A stretch of DNA of 64,000 bases from Amoebidium appalachense (taxonomy: Eukaryota > Protista > Ichthyosporea), in the NCBI GenBank assembly GCA_963693365.1, contig CAVNZM010000013.1, forward strand, positions 1,637,817 through 1,701,816, in the 5' to 3' direction. This document shows positions 33,924-45,800 of this stretch, piece after piece. A model generated the notes under the pieces. The model did no database searches. It had not been told where the DNA came from and saw nothing but the letters and a program-made list of their open reading frames with translations. Position numbers and translations under genes: made by a program. Positions within the stretch are counted from its first letter, which is position 1; the number at the start of each line of letters is the position of its first letter.

Positions 33924-34038
33924 CTTGTTTAGCTTTGGAACAAGTGGATGGGTTAGTGACTATAACAATGCGGTAACCGTTGGGGGGTAGAAAGAGAGAG
34001 AGAGGTAGAGAGAGAGAGATAGAGAGAGAGAGAGAAAG

Positions 34039-34231
<193 letters not shown>

Positions 34232-34530
34232 GAGGGAGGGGAGGGAGAGAGAGAGAGAGAGGGAGGGAGGGAGGGGGGGGGGGGGGAAGAGAGAGAGAGA
34301 GAGAGAAAGGTATAAGAGATTACGATAATAGCCAAAACGGCCATCGACCATGAATTTAGGCAGTGTGTGGGGAGGCAAGCCTTAGTATTGAAGTCGGCGA
34401 CATTAATGATGCTTTAAAACACGGTAACCGAAAATCATTGGCTGGCAAAATCTTAAGATTCTAAACCGTTGAACCTGACACAGGATAGTATTACAGTGAT
34501 AGGCGGCCAAGCATATGTAAACGCGTGCGC

Positions 34531-34625
<95 letters not shown>

Positions 34626-34696
34626 CCTCATCACGGACAAAACGGGATATAAGATATAAAAAATAACTAAAAAAAACCCAAACATACTCCATACAG

Positions 34697-34820
34697 GGGA
34701 CTTGGGAACATGCACATACCAAGGCACCTACACGGCCTGGAGTGATTGGTCCCCTTGCTGTGAGAACACCCGCGGGAGGGTGAGAAAGTGCAGCGTTCTC
34801 TACGCTACGACAGGACAGGG
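34697..34820 (+). CDS. TSP1-like exon on the opposite strand
   Basis: tacag|gg gac ttg gga aca tgc... encodes GDLGTCTYQGTYTAWSDWSPCCENTRGRVRKCSV (WSxWSxC..RxRxC motif). 3' boundary uncertain. Confidence 0.5.
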
Positions 34821-35013
34821 TTTTTTTTGTTTTTTTTTTCTTTTCCAGACGGCGTTGTTGTAGCAAGTGCATGTCGCTGACATAGTCAAGGCAACTGTGA
34901 GATTTTTTTTTTTTTTTTTTTCCCCGCTGTTGTTGAAACTAGAAGCTAGCGTTGCTAGACTCCCCCGTCCCTCCCTCCCCCCCCCCCCCTCCTTCTTCTT
35001 CTTCTTCTTTACC

Positions 35014-35046
<33 letters not shown>

Positions 35047-35533
35047 CATAAGTACGGTACTAGTATTATTATTATTAGCATTATCATTAACTGGTTTTTT
35101 CCCTCCCGCACAACCTGTTTTAGGGCTGTACCAAACACCAGGTGTGTTACAAGGTTGCTGACGAGTTTATACAAACGCTGCTGTGATTCGTTAATTTTCA
35201 TAGTTTTCTGTTGGCAATGTTTTGGGGCGAAGGTTAAAGAAAATCGATGCATAGTCTTTACTGAATAGCTTTCATGTTAAGGTTGAATGTAGAATACACA
35301 CTGTCCGACGTAATGGAATTATTGGATGTGGAGCTTGTTTGGGCGTGCATGAGTAGGCTCTGGATTTAGGTGTTTTTTTTTTTGTTTTTTTTTTAAAATG
35401 AAAAAAAAAAAGAAAAGAAAATTTAAACTCGGCAACGGATAATAATATTAGTGTTTGTTTTTAAATAAAATTTCCGCGCTTGAGATTCCGATACCTTGTG
35501 TGACCCATCATGGACCGAAATTCGTTCGCAGAG

Positions 35534-35792
<259 letters not shown>

Positions 35793-35955
35793 TCTCTCCC
35801 TCCCCCCCCCCCCCCTCCCTCCCTCCCCCCTTTCGGTCCTCTATTTCGAAAATATATTCTATCTCTCTGTTGGTTGAAGTTTCACACACACCACACGCCC
35901 GCGCGCACACACACACACGCATGCGCGCGCACACACACACACACATAGGCACAGA

Positions 35956-36057
<102 letters not shown>

Positions 36058-36263
36058 ACACACACTGGCACACAGTGCTACATAATACACACCCTCTCTA
36101 CCTCTCCGAGGTTCCTCCCTTGCTCTCTGCCCCCCCCCCCCCCCCCCCCCCCTTATTTTCCTGTTGTCTTACGCTTCTGTACTTGAAAGGCGTCTGCTCT
36201 GTGTGGCATACAAGTTGCTTATGTCTGTACATGTATCATGCGGCTTGTGTGGTTCCGGGTACG

Positions 36264-36340
<77 letters not shown>

Positions 36341-36616
36341 CGTGTGTGCATGTGCATGTGTGTGAGTTTGTGTGTGTATGCACGTGTGCGTGTGTATGTG
36401 TTTGTGTGTTTCGTGTGTGGGTGTGTGTGGCGGGCCGGCGGGGGCTGGCGGCGGCGGGGGGCGGGGGGGGGGGGGGGGGGGGGAGGAGGTTATTTGCTCA
36501 TTTTTGGGATACTTTTTTCCTGGTTACATTATTTGTTTGTTTCTTACCTTCGTGTGTGTAGATGTGTGGATTTTGTCTTTTATATGCCAAGGTGACTCGG
36601 TGGTGGTGCTGGTGGT

Positions 36617-36678
<62 letters not shown>

Positions 36679-37267
36679 GGTAGGAGGCTTTTGTGTGCAG
36701 CTGGTACGTGACAGTTTGTGTTGTGTGAACTCGTGTGCCACGTGTATGCGATTCACCTCACACAGGGTGTGTGTAAGCACGCTCTCTTTGCATGCGATGC
36801 ATGTGTGCATGGGCGGTTACCGCTACCCTGTTGTGACTGTGCCTGAGGTGGGTGGTTGTTGTGGTTGAGCTTTGTGTGTGCGTGGATGTGTGCGCGAGCG
36901 CGTGTAGGAGTGGGGAACCAATAGGTGTGCGTGACACTGTGTGTACATGTACGTGAGTATTAAAACGCATGAAAGCTTGACTCTTTGTGTATGTGTGCCG
37001 GTTAAAGGTCATATGGAACAAGGCTCGTTTATGTTCCATGTGTGATGTGTATGTGCTTGCGCATCTCGTGGTGTGTGCATGTGCCAGTTGAATTACAATA
37101 GATGCGTGTGCTTTTTTTTTTTATATATCATGATTTTTATATATTTTGTATGCATATGTAGCCTACGAATTAAGGTGACGGTTGGTGCACACACATGTTT
37201 GTGTGGAAGGAAGGGTGTGTTGAAGAGGGGTGGGGTGGGGTATGGGGTGGTGTGTGTGTGTTTGTGA

Positions 37268-37376
<109 letters not shown>

Positions 37377-37672
37377 CGTGAGGAGGGGGGGGGGGGGGGG
37401 GGAGGGGGCAATCATTCACCCATCACTGCATTCATCAATCATGGCCGGCGAGAGTTTTACCTCTGTCACTTTAATTACTATGTTAAAGAACTCATCCTTA
37501 TTTGTCGATTAGTTTATTGTTTTGGGTGAGCCATCGATACAATCGACATGGCCGGTGTGACCTTTAACACCCATTACATTAATGTTTACCAAGTATAAAA
37601 ACTAATATCATTCATTCTAGTGGCCGTCACCACACCAACAACCTTACACTCTCCCTTCTATCATAGTTAAAA

Positions 37673-38521
37673 TTATGCAGCGTGCTCCTTTGTAATAGAA
37701 GCCATAAGCACGCTTGGGTTAAACTTAGACACAGCCACCAAGCCGTTTGAATAAAGCGTGCGGCTGAGGGCGCGGGGACGACGACCCATGGTCTTTTTCT
37801 GCTCGTCGGCGAAAATATACGGGTCGGCAAGCATAACGAGCGAGTGAGCAACATTTGCCAAACACCAGATGGAGGCATGGCTGTCAGAGAGAAGACCCAC
37901 GGTCCACGTCGTGGTAAGCACGGCAGAGTGCACGATTCCGGGGAGGAGGTGGCGCGGGGCAGTCATGTATGGGTAGACCATGCCGAGAAGGAAAAACACG
38001 CGAAGGGAGAGCGGGATTTCGGTCTGGGCCTCGCCAAAAAAGTGGTGTTTCATCCAGCACGCGTGGTTTCCGTTGCTACCGTGCCCGGCAGTAATCATAA
38101 GATGCCCGGCGGGGGTAATGATAGTGCACGCCGGAGAGTCACACATGGAACCCATCAGACCGAAGACCTTGTTGGGAATGCCCGGGAGCATCGCAAACGT
38201 GAAAATGTAGACGGCAATCTCGCGCCACGAAGGCATCTGTCTTTCTGCGAGCGCCCGCCCGGCCAGGGCGCCCATGGGCTCTAGCGCGATGATTGTAAGG
38301 CCCCACCGGCTGAGCCACTTGTTCGTGGACGAACATGTGTACATGTCTTCGTGTGTGGAGAGGAGCCAGAGGGAGGCGTCCACCCACTGCATCGTGCCGA
38401 AAACAGCGAGGAAAACGGCGTTCCAGCGGTCACGGGGTGTCTTGTTGCGCCTCCAGAGAAGAGGAACGATCATGTAGACCATGGTGCCAGTGGCAAGGGA
38501 AACTTCGAGCGACCAGCACAT
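37673..38521 (-). CDS. Intronless multi-pass membrane protein (282 aa), DUF5765-like
   Basis: Long clean ORF with several hydrophobic helices. MCWS..VS start, MQWVDA.LW, C...N...S, LEP and SIWC motifs resemble a family I recall from giant viruses and bacteria; assignment is from memory. Confidence 0.7.
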   Translation of the reverse strand: MCWSLEVSLATGTMVYMIVPLLWRRNKTPRDRWNAVFLAVFGTMQWVDASLWLLSTHEDMYTCSSTNKWLSRWGLTIIALEPMGALAGRALAERQMPSWREIAVYIFTFAMLPGIPNKVFGLMGSMCDSPACTIITPAGHLMITAGHGSNGNHACWMKHHFFGEAQTEIPLSLRVFFLLGMVYPYMTAPRHLLPGIVHSAVLTTTWTVGLLSDSHASIWCLANVAHSLVMLADPYIFADEQKKTMGRRPRALSRTLYSNGLVAVSKFNPSVLMASITKEHAA

Positions 38522-39598
38522 TTTTGGGGGAGTAAATGAAACTACAACTTAGTATGTGTATTACAACAGGAAAGGTGAACGGATGTTGACAACAGGAAAG
38601 GTGACCGGATGTTGATGATAGGTGAGAAGCAAACTGACTGATGATTCGAATGCGAGAAGACGCTATATGTACTCTTGTCTGGAACGCAAGGTATGCGAAT
38701 GTAACGATCGTTGCCCACAGGGCTCTAAATTGAGTGAGCATAACAATCCGCGGAAGCGAGGCATTTAGGTCGCCAAAAATGTCCTTTTGACTTACTAGTA
38801 TTTACGTAAAACCCTATATTTACAGCGTTTTGGTGTGTGTTCATGTTTATTGACATATGCTGTGTTTTGCTGCCTCATTTGTGGTACTCTTCGTGGGTTT
38901 GATGGCTTGTCAAACCCTACAAAGCTAAACGTTGATTGGCGGTGCTTATTTGTTGCTATTGCTGTTTCCATTGGTATTCAAATGTGATTGGATTTATTTA
39001 TTGCTTGTCCAGTCTCCTGAAACTCCTGCTGTACATAAGCGGCTGAGCCTGAGCGAACCTGGTTACTGTATCCTGCTAATATATTCAGACTGATTATACG
39101 CACACACTTGGCTTATGAAGTAAGAAAATCTTTATCCTTGATATTTCCTTTTTCCTACTAGCCTTTGTCTCTAATCATGCCTCTGAGTCTACGCGTAGAG
39201 GCCTTATTTCACACCTCGGATAGTGATCGGTTTAGGAGGACTGAAAAAAGATACGAACCTCGCTTCCCATTGGCTGTTCCCTATACAATGCAATTTCAAA
39301 TTATCCAATCTGATGCCGGGTGCTTGTCTTTTCCGCCACTCACAGGTGGCCAAGGAGTGCCAAAGGCCAATCGATATCCGTGCTGCCCGCACGTTCGGTA
39401 ACGAAAAGTTAAGACACCGAATCACAATATCATACTGTGCAGCTGTAGAATAGGTCGTTATTCAAGTGGTCGCGATCGAGTGTGGCACAGGGGTTTCAAT
39501 ATCGGACCAATCGAACATCAGATACGGAAAGGTAGCCCTACGTAAACAAACCGTCAGCACAACAGTGACAACACACATGCACACACGCACGCAGACGC

Positions 39599-39748
<150 letters not shown>

Positions 39749-39863
39749 TAACACACGCACACACACACGCCCACTGGCAGATGCGTACACACACATACGC
39801 AAAAATACACATACACACACACACACACACACAAACACATAAACACGTGCACAATATCATAAT

Positions 39864-39902
<39 letters not shown>

Positions 39903-40063
39903 TACACACACACACAAACACACACACACAAACACACACGGACACGCGCCCACGTGCGCCGCACGCAAACACACAATCCGTCGGCAGCGCACGCACAAAC
40001 ACAAAGTTTAACACACATAAGCACACACACTTACGCACACACATCACACACACACACACATGT

Positions 40064-40124
<61 letters not shown>

Positions 40125-40152
40125 AACATACACAGGGGATGTATATGCCGGG

Positions 40153-40197
<45 letters not shown>

Positions 40198-40285
40198 ACA
40201 CACACACGCACACACACACAAACATACAAATCACGACCCCCCCCCTCCCCCCCCCCCCCCCCCCCCCCCCACACACACACCCCAG

Positions 40286-40894
40286 TGTGGTATATTATAC
40301 CGGATATCTAGTATGGATGTACACAGGTTGAGATATACGCACACGTGTACATGTATATATACCACTGTGTTTGATCTTAGGTAGGCCAGTATGCATGTCT
40401 CCCCCCAGTCTTGTGCGCATGAGCAAGAAGTTAAACATATGTGCACGTGCAGCTTGCAGAACTATTCATGGGAAAACAGATATAATAGTCACATGGGACC
40501 GACACGTAGTAGAGGAACCATGAGCGTTAAGTTATAGTTTTATCATGGGAAAATATGCAAGTAGCCGTGAGGTATGACTGTGGAATGCATCGATAGTCAA
40601 GTACTGTCACCCGATTGGCTCACTAAGTTTATTGGAACCGTGATAGCCATGGGACAGAACCGTGAACCGTATGTGATTGGCTCGTAGCCAAAAAGCACAT
40701 ACCGATGCGCATGTCTGAGCCGCTGTGCGAGCTCCGATATAAGGGCATGTCGGGGGCTTCAGAGCTCACTCAGTGTGCTCGGCTTACTAGGTGTAAGTAG
40801 GACTAGCACGTAACTAAGCAAAGCGTGGTCTAATCAACCCCGTTCATTTATAAACATATTGTTTGTCACAGACACACGATCATATTATACAACA
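40286..40894 (+). repeat. 5' LTR of chromovirus (TATA-like tataag at ~40738)
   Basis: Identical to 47403-48011 except for two substitutions seen by eye (taatc/tagtc and cattat-type atatta/atagta). Confidence 0.95.
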
Positions 40895-40910
40895 GCTGAG
40901 CTACACCCCC
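40895..40910 (+). promoter_or_regulatory. Atypical primer-binding site
   Basis: gctgagctacaccccc directly follows the LTR. It lacks the TGG start; its reverse complement gggggtgtagctcagc is a tRNA-Ala-type 5' end. Confidence 0.7.
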
Positions 40911-41690
40911 TGCAGCGCTAGTTCTTGCGCTGCAAGTGTGCTCGTATCAAGCAAGTACTATGTTTTTAGTTGTTTGGGTTCTAACATGTCTAACCACCTT
41001 GGTGACGACAATGCCGGCCCTAGCGGCCTGCATGGGGGGGAAGCTAGAAACGCCGACCTCATTTTCCTTGAAGAACTCGGCTATAATGTTCCCCTCTCCC
41101 CCCCCCGGCGCTTCACCGTGGCACCCTCCTGGAGCAGACATTCCGTTGCTCGACCGTGTCTACTTTCGTTCACACGACTTGCAACACGACAATCAATACT
41201 GCTTCTCTTTTCGTTCAGGGGAAACCGACTACGGCCAATCATTTGACCCCGAAGACCTGCCACCTGAGGACAATCGACATTCATCAGTCGACCTTCTCCA
41301 CGGGCTGGAAGTCGAGGTCAACGCGAACGCAAGCAGAGGCACCAGACGCCCTGGTACGCGCCCTAACGGAGTATGCAAATTTGCACAACAAGACGGGCGT
41401 GAGCCTGGCAGCTTGGTGCTGGTGCGTTCTTGGGTGTCTCCTTCTGTTCATGCTGCTGGCATTGTTGGTATCGAAGTTTGCCAGCTGTACAGCGCGCACG
41501 GCACTGTACCGTTCGTCGTCGGCACTCACCATGCTCCACCAACAACTACTCGCCCTCGCGAATGTATTCACTTCCAGGCAAAACTACGCGTGCCTTTCAG
41601 GGCAGTCTTCCCACATCACTAAGTCACATGAATTTATCAATCAGTTAGTGGCTCTTAGTCGTGGTGAGCTCGACCTAGTGGTTACTTATT

Positions 41691-42866
41691 ATGGTAACCG
41701 GGGCCCTCGAAAATTTCATCCAAGCATGCTCCCCTCGTGGGTTCGTGCCGGACGGGGCCCCCGTAAGAACTCTGGCCGAGGTGGTAGGGGTGGGCGTGGT
41801 GGTGGCCGGGGGGGGGCATAACAACCCCCCTCCTGCTGCCAACGAAAATGGGGATGGTAATTCAGGTGGCGGCGCCCCCCCACCTCCCCCGGACGGTGGT
41901 GCTGACGGTGGTGCCGGTGGTGCTAATGGTGCCGGAGGTGCTAACGGTGCTGGTGGTGCCGGTGGTGGTGGTGGTGATGGCGGTGGCGACGGCGGTGACG
42001 GTGGTGATGACGGTGACGGTAACGACGGCAACGGTGACGACCGGGAGGGGAAGGAAAAGATTCAACACATCCCCTCAGCAGCAATTCAGTCCCGTCCTAT
42101 GCTCGAGGCAGATGCCGATATCGACGAATTCTACAAACAACTCCAACATCATTTGATTTTCTTTTGTATTATGGAGTTGGTGGGCTTAAATCGCACATTG
42201 ATGTTTATTCGTATGTGCATGGGCCCCGGGGACCCCCGAGATGCTGCCGATAACGTCGACCTTTCCACGTGCACCGGCATCGACGATTTTTGGGCTAAGT
42301 TCCTTGAGAAGTATTTAGACAAGGAACGTAAGGAGGAGCATTTAGACGAGCTGAACAAGCTTCGTTTTATGCACACTCGGGCCTCGATAAAGACATTCCA
42401 CAAGAAATTTAATCGCATCGTCTCCAACACGGGTCTCAAGAACATGCCCGAGGTTGTGCTTCATCATTACCAACGTACCCTCAACGACTACCCGGACCTT
42501 TGTTCGGAGGCCCGGGCTGCCACCACCCTCAAGCAAGCCATGGCCCGTGTCATCCGACGGTATGAGGCTGATGTGGGTGCTCACAATTTAAAATGTAACC
42601 GTAATGTGGGTGCTGTAGATGAGATGGGTGGTGGTAGTGGGGGGCATGGTGGTGGTGGTGGTGGTCACGGGGGTGGCCACGGAGGTAGTGGGGGTAATGT
42701 TGGTGGTAAGGGTAAATCTAATGGGGGAGGTAAATGGGCTAAGGAAGATAAAAAGAAAGATAAGAGGGGGCCCAATTGTTGGGCATGCAAGCAGCCGGGG
42801 CATCGTTTTAAAGATTGCCCCACCCGAGCTGCCAAGAAGAACAAGGGCAAGCAAAGTGAAAAATAG
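41691..42866 (+). CDS. gag: Gag (capsid-like region plus CCHC zinc knuckle); true start may be upstream at ~40987 via frameshifts
   Basis: CWACKQPGHRFKDC knuckle; DDFWAKFLEKY and SIKTFHKKFNRIV resemble retrotransposon gag motifs; Gly-rich linkers. Confidence 0.85.
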   Translation: MVTGALENFIQACSPRGFVPDGAPVRTLAEVVGVGVVVAGGGHNNPPPAANENGDGNSGGGAPPPPPDGGADGGAGGANGAGGANGAGGAGGGGGDGGGDGGDGGDDGDGNDGNGDDREGKEKIQHIPSAAIQSRPMLEADADIDEFYKQLQHHLIFFCIMELVGLNRTLMFIRMCMGPGDPRDAADNVDLSTCTGIDDFWAKFLEKYLDKERKEEHLDELNKLRFMHTRASIKTFHKKFNRIVSNTGLKNMPEVVLHHYQRTLNDYPDLCSEARAATTLKQAMARVIRRYEADVGAHNLKCNRNVGAVDEMGGGSGGHGGGGGGHGGGHGGSGGNVGGKGKSNGGGKWAKEDKKKDKRGPNCWACKQPGHRFKDCPTRAAKKNKGKQSEK

Positions 42867-45800
42867 GTAATTGCCGGTGCTGAATGCACGGATACGGCAT
42901 GTATTGCACATTGTGACCCAGTGGGTCACGAAAAAGTAATTAAAAATGTGCCTATACCACGTGCTTCTGCCCCGGCTTCTTCCGATATTCCCCCCTCCGA
43001 GCCCCCTTCCCCCGACCCCCGACCCCCCACCCCCCCACACCTATCCCCCCCCACAAAGAAACTTCGAACACTCGATAGAATAAGAAAAGTGTTCGATATA
43101 AGTGCCATATGCAATGCAGGAAGACGTATCTATGTTAATGTTACGTTGAGTAATGAAAAATACTTTGCATTGTTTGACACTGGGGCATCATTCACGGTGG
43201 TTAGTGAAGCTGTTTTTTCCCGACACATGCAGGAGTTTGCTTTGCAACCCTCGGATGTGATTGTTACTTCTGTAAGGAAAAACGATAAAGCTCTAGCTGT
43301 GAGTGGTGAAGTAATGCTCCCGTTATGCCTCGGTTCTCAAACATTCATGTGGCCTTGCTTAGTAATTAAAAATATTAAGCATGACATGATTATTGGGAAC
43401 GATTTTGCCAACAAACACATTGCCACCACTAATCATCAAGCACACTCACTAACACTGGTGTCGGCAATGGTGGTGCCGACGTCATCTTTGCACACCCCCT
43501 ACACAATGTGTCCTGTTACCGTCAAGCACGACACCACCGTCAAATCTGGCTTTGGATGTGTATTACGTGCAACGGTGCAAGTGACTGCTGCTGCTGCTGC
43601 TGCTGGCACCCTCGGTATCTTCGAGCCTACTCGTGAATTTCGAGATAAGTTCCCCCCCACCATCTGTGAAATTAGTGTGGATAAATCTATTGCTGTTGTG
43701 TGCGAAAATGGTGTGGGTCCGGATTTGAACGTGTTCGGTACCATCGGTCATTTCGTTCCTACGAGCCGACATGAGTACATACACGAACTGAGTGTTTTGC
43801 AAGCCGAACCCCACCCCAGTCGTACACAAACCGTCGTTGGTGCAATAGCGCAGTGCATCAGGTGGGCAACGGGGGGTGGAGAAGGTTGCCTACCCAATTC
43901 ACCTCCGGCCGTGCCACCGGGCCGGGTGCCTACCGATAACATGTGTGGGCACAAAGGGCATGTAAGTGGGACACGAGGCGGTCCGATACACTCACCGATC
44001 GACCAATCAATGTGTGCCGTTGATCATGAAAAACCCCCCCGCGAAAAATTTCGGAAATTTCGGGTGGGGGTGCACACGATGCCGGCCAGGCTCCCCACGG
44101 TTTTGATTGGAATAGGGTGCCTCAGAGTATGCTTCCGGATGTCAAGAAACTATTAGAAGCACACGCTCGTTGCTTCATCACTACGGACCCCGACGAATTT
44201 CCTCAGATTAAAGGATTCACCATGCACATAGACACGGGAGATAACCCACCGATTCGATTAAAACAGTGGAGGTTGGAACAAGTGAAAGAGCAGGCTGCAA
44301 AGGAGATCGTGGAGGATATGTGTCGTAGAGGGCAGATGGAACAAGCACACAGTCAGTATAATTCACCCACCTTCGTAATACGAAAACCAAACGGAAAATA
44401 CCGTCTCCTGACTGATTTTCGTGCTCTTAACAAGCAAATTCGAAAATCTGCCTGGCCCATGCCCAACTTGCAACAACAAATAGAGAAGTTGGCTGGGTAT
44501 AAGTATTTCTGTAAAGCTGATATGTCGGGTGCCTTTTACCAAATACTGCTAGACGCTGAGTCACGTGAAAAAACAGGATTTTCTGTGGCTGGTGTGCAGT
44601 ATCGTTATTGTGTGGCACCACAGGGGCTAAGTACTTCCCCGTCCCAGCTAGCATCTATCATGACACAGATTTTGGCCCCTCTGGCCGATGACGTGGTGGT
44701 ATATGCCGATGATTTAGCTGTGGGTGCACACACCGAAAAAGAATTAATACAGAAGCTTGACCGACTTTTCACCCGTCTCGGTGAATATGGAGTTAAGCTC
44801 GATGGGGCAAAGACATACATTGGGCTCACGGAAATACCGTTTTTGGGTTGGATTGTAGGTGTGAATGGCATTCGGCCCGACCCGAAAAAGGTTCAGGCAG
44901 TGAAAGATTGGCCGATACCAAACACACTACATCAACTCCGGGGTTTTCTGGGTATTACTTCGTATCTCCGCCGTCACATTTTAAATTATGCAGAGCGAGC
45001 CCGGCCCATGAATGCCGAGTGTTACGGAGAAAAACACCGACGGTTAAAATGGACGGACGAATTAGATCGCTCGTTTAAAGATTTAAAATCGGCGTTATCA
45101 GAGGAAGTGCTTGCCCTGCCCGATCTTTCCCCCACGGGGGGCCAGTTTCTTATTCGTTGTGATGCTAGTCGGTTCTCGGAAGGGGCTTGCCTGTATCAAA
45201 AACAAAAAGATGGCAAGTTCCGCACGGTGGCATATGCCTCCCGGATGTTTCAACCTACCGAACGTAGGTGGAGCAACATCGAACGAGAAACGCATGCAAT
45301 CTATTGGGCACTGAAAGAGTTTAGGGTGTACGTGTATGGTCGAGTGAATACTATTGTGGAAAGTGACCATAAGCCCTGTCTTTCTCTTAAAGGTGTCAAA
45401 CGGATAGCAAACGAACGGATGCAACGGTGGGCTTTGGAAATGCAGGAGTATGATTTCGATCTATACTACCGTCCTGGCCCTACCATGCACGATGCTGATG
45501 GGTTAAGCCGTATAGGATATATTCTGCATGAGAACGAAAACATACCACTGGAAAAGTGGGATGTGAAAAAGGAATTACAAGAGGTTCTCACAGCAGATTT
45601 ATCCGAGCTTAGCTCGAAACCAGCCGAAGTGTTTGTTGATTGGGGTGATGCACTCGAATTCACACATATTTTCGATCCAGACCGCTTGAAATGTGCACAA
45701 ATTTCTGCACTCAGTCAAGCCGGCCTGCCCTCCCTTTCTGCACTCGGTGGTGCCGGCTACCAGAAGGAAGCAATTATGATGGCACAGGGGGGGGACAAAA

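Noticed and set aside
39165-39560. Short ORFs or a terminal exon next to the chromovirus
   Set aside because: No homology recognised and no frame could be chosen.
44028-44062. Programmed -1 frameshift between protease and RT
   Set aside because: No in-frame X XXY YYZ heptamer; a homopolymer indel is the simpler explanation.
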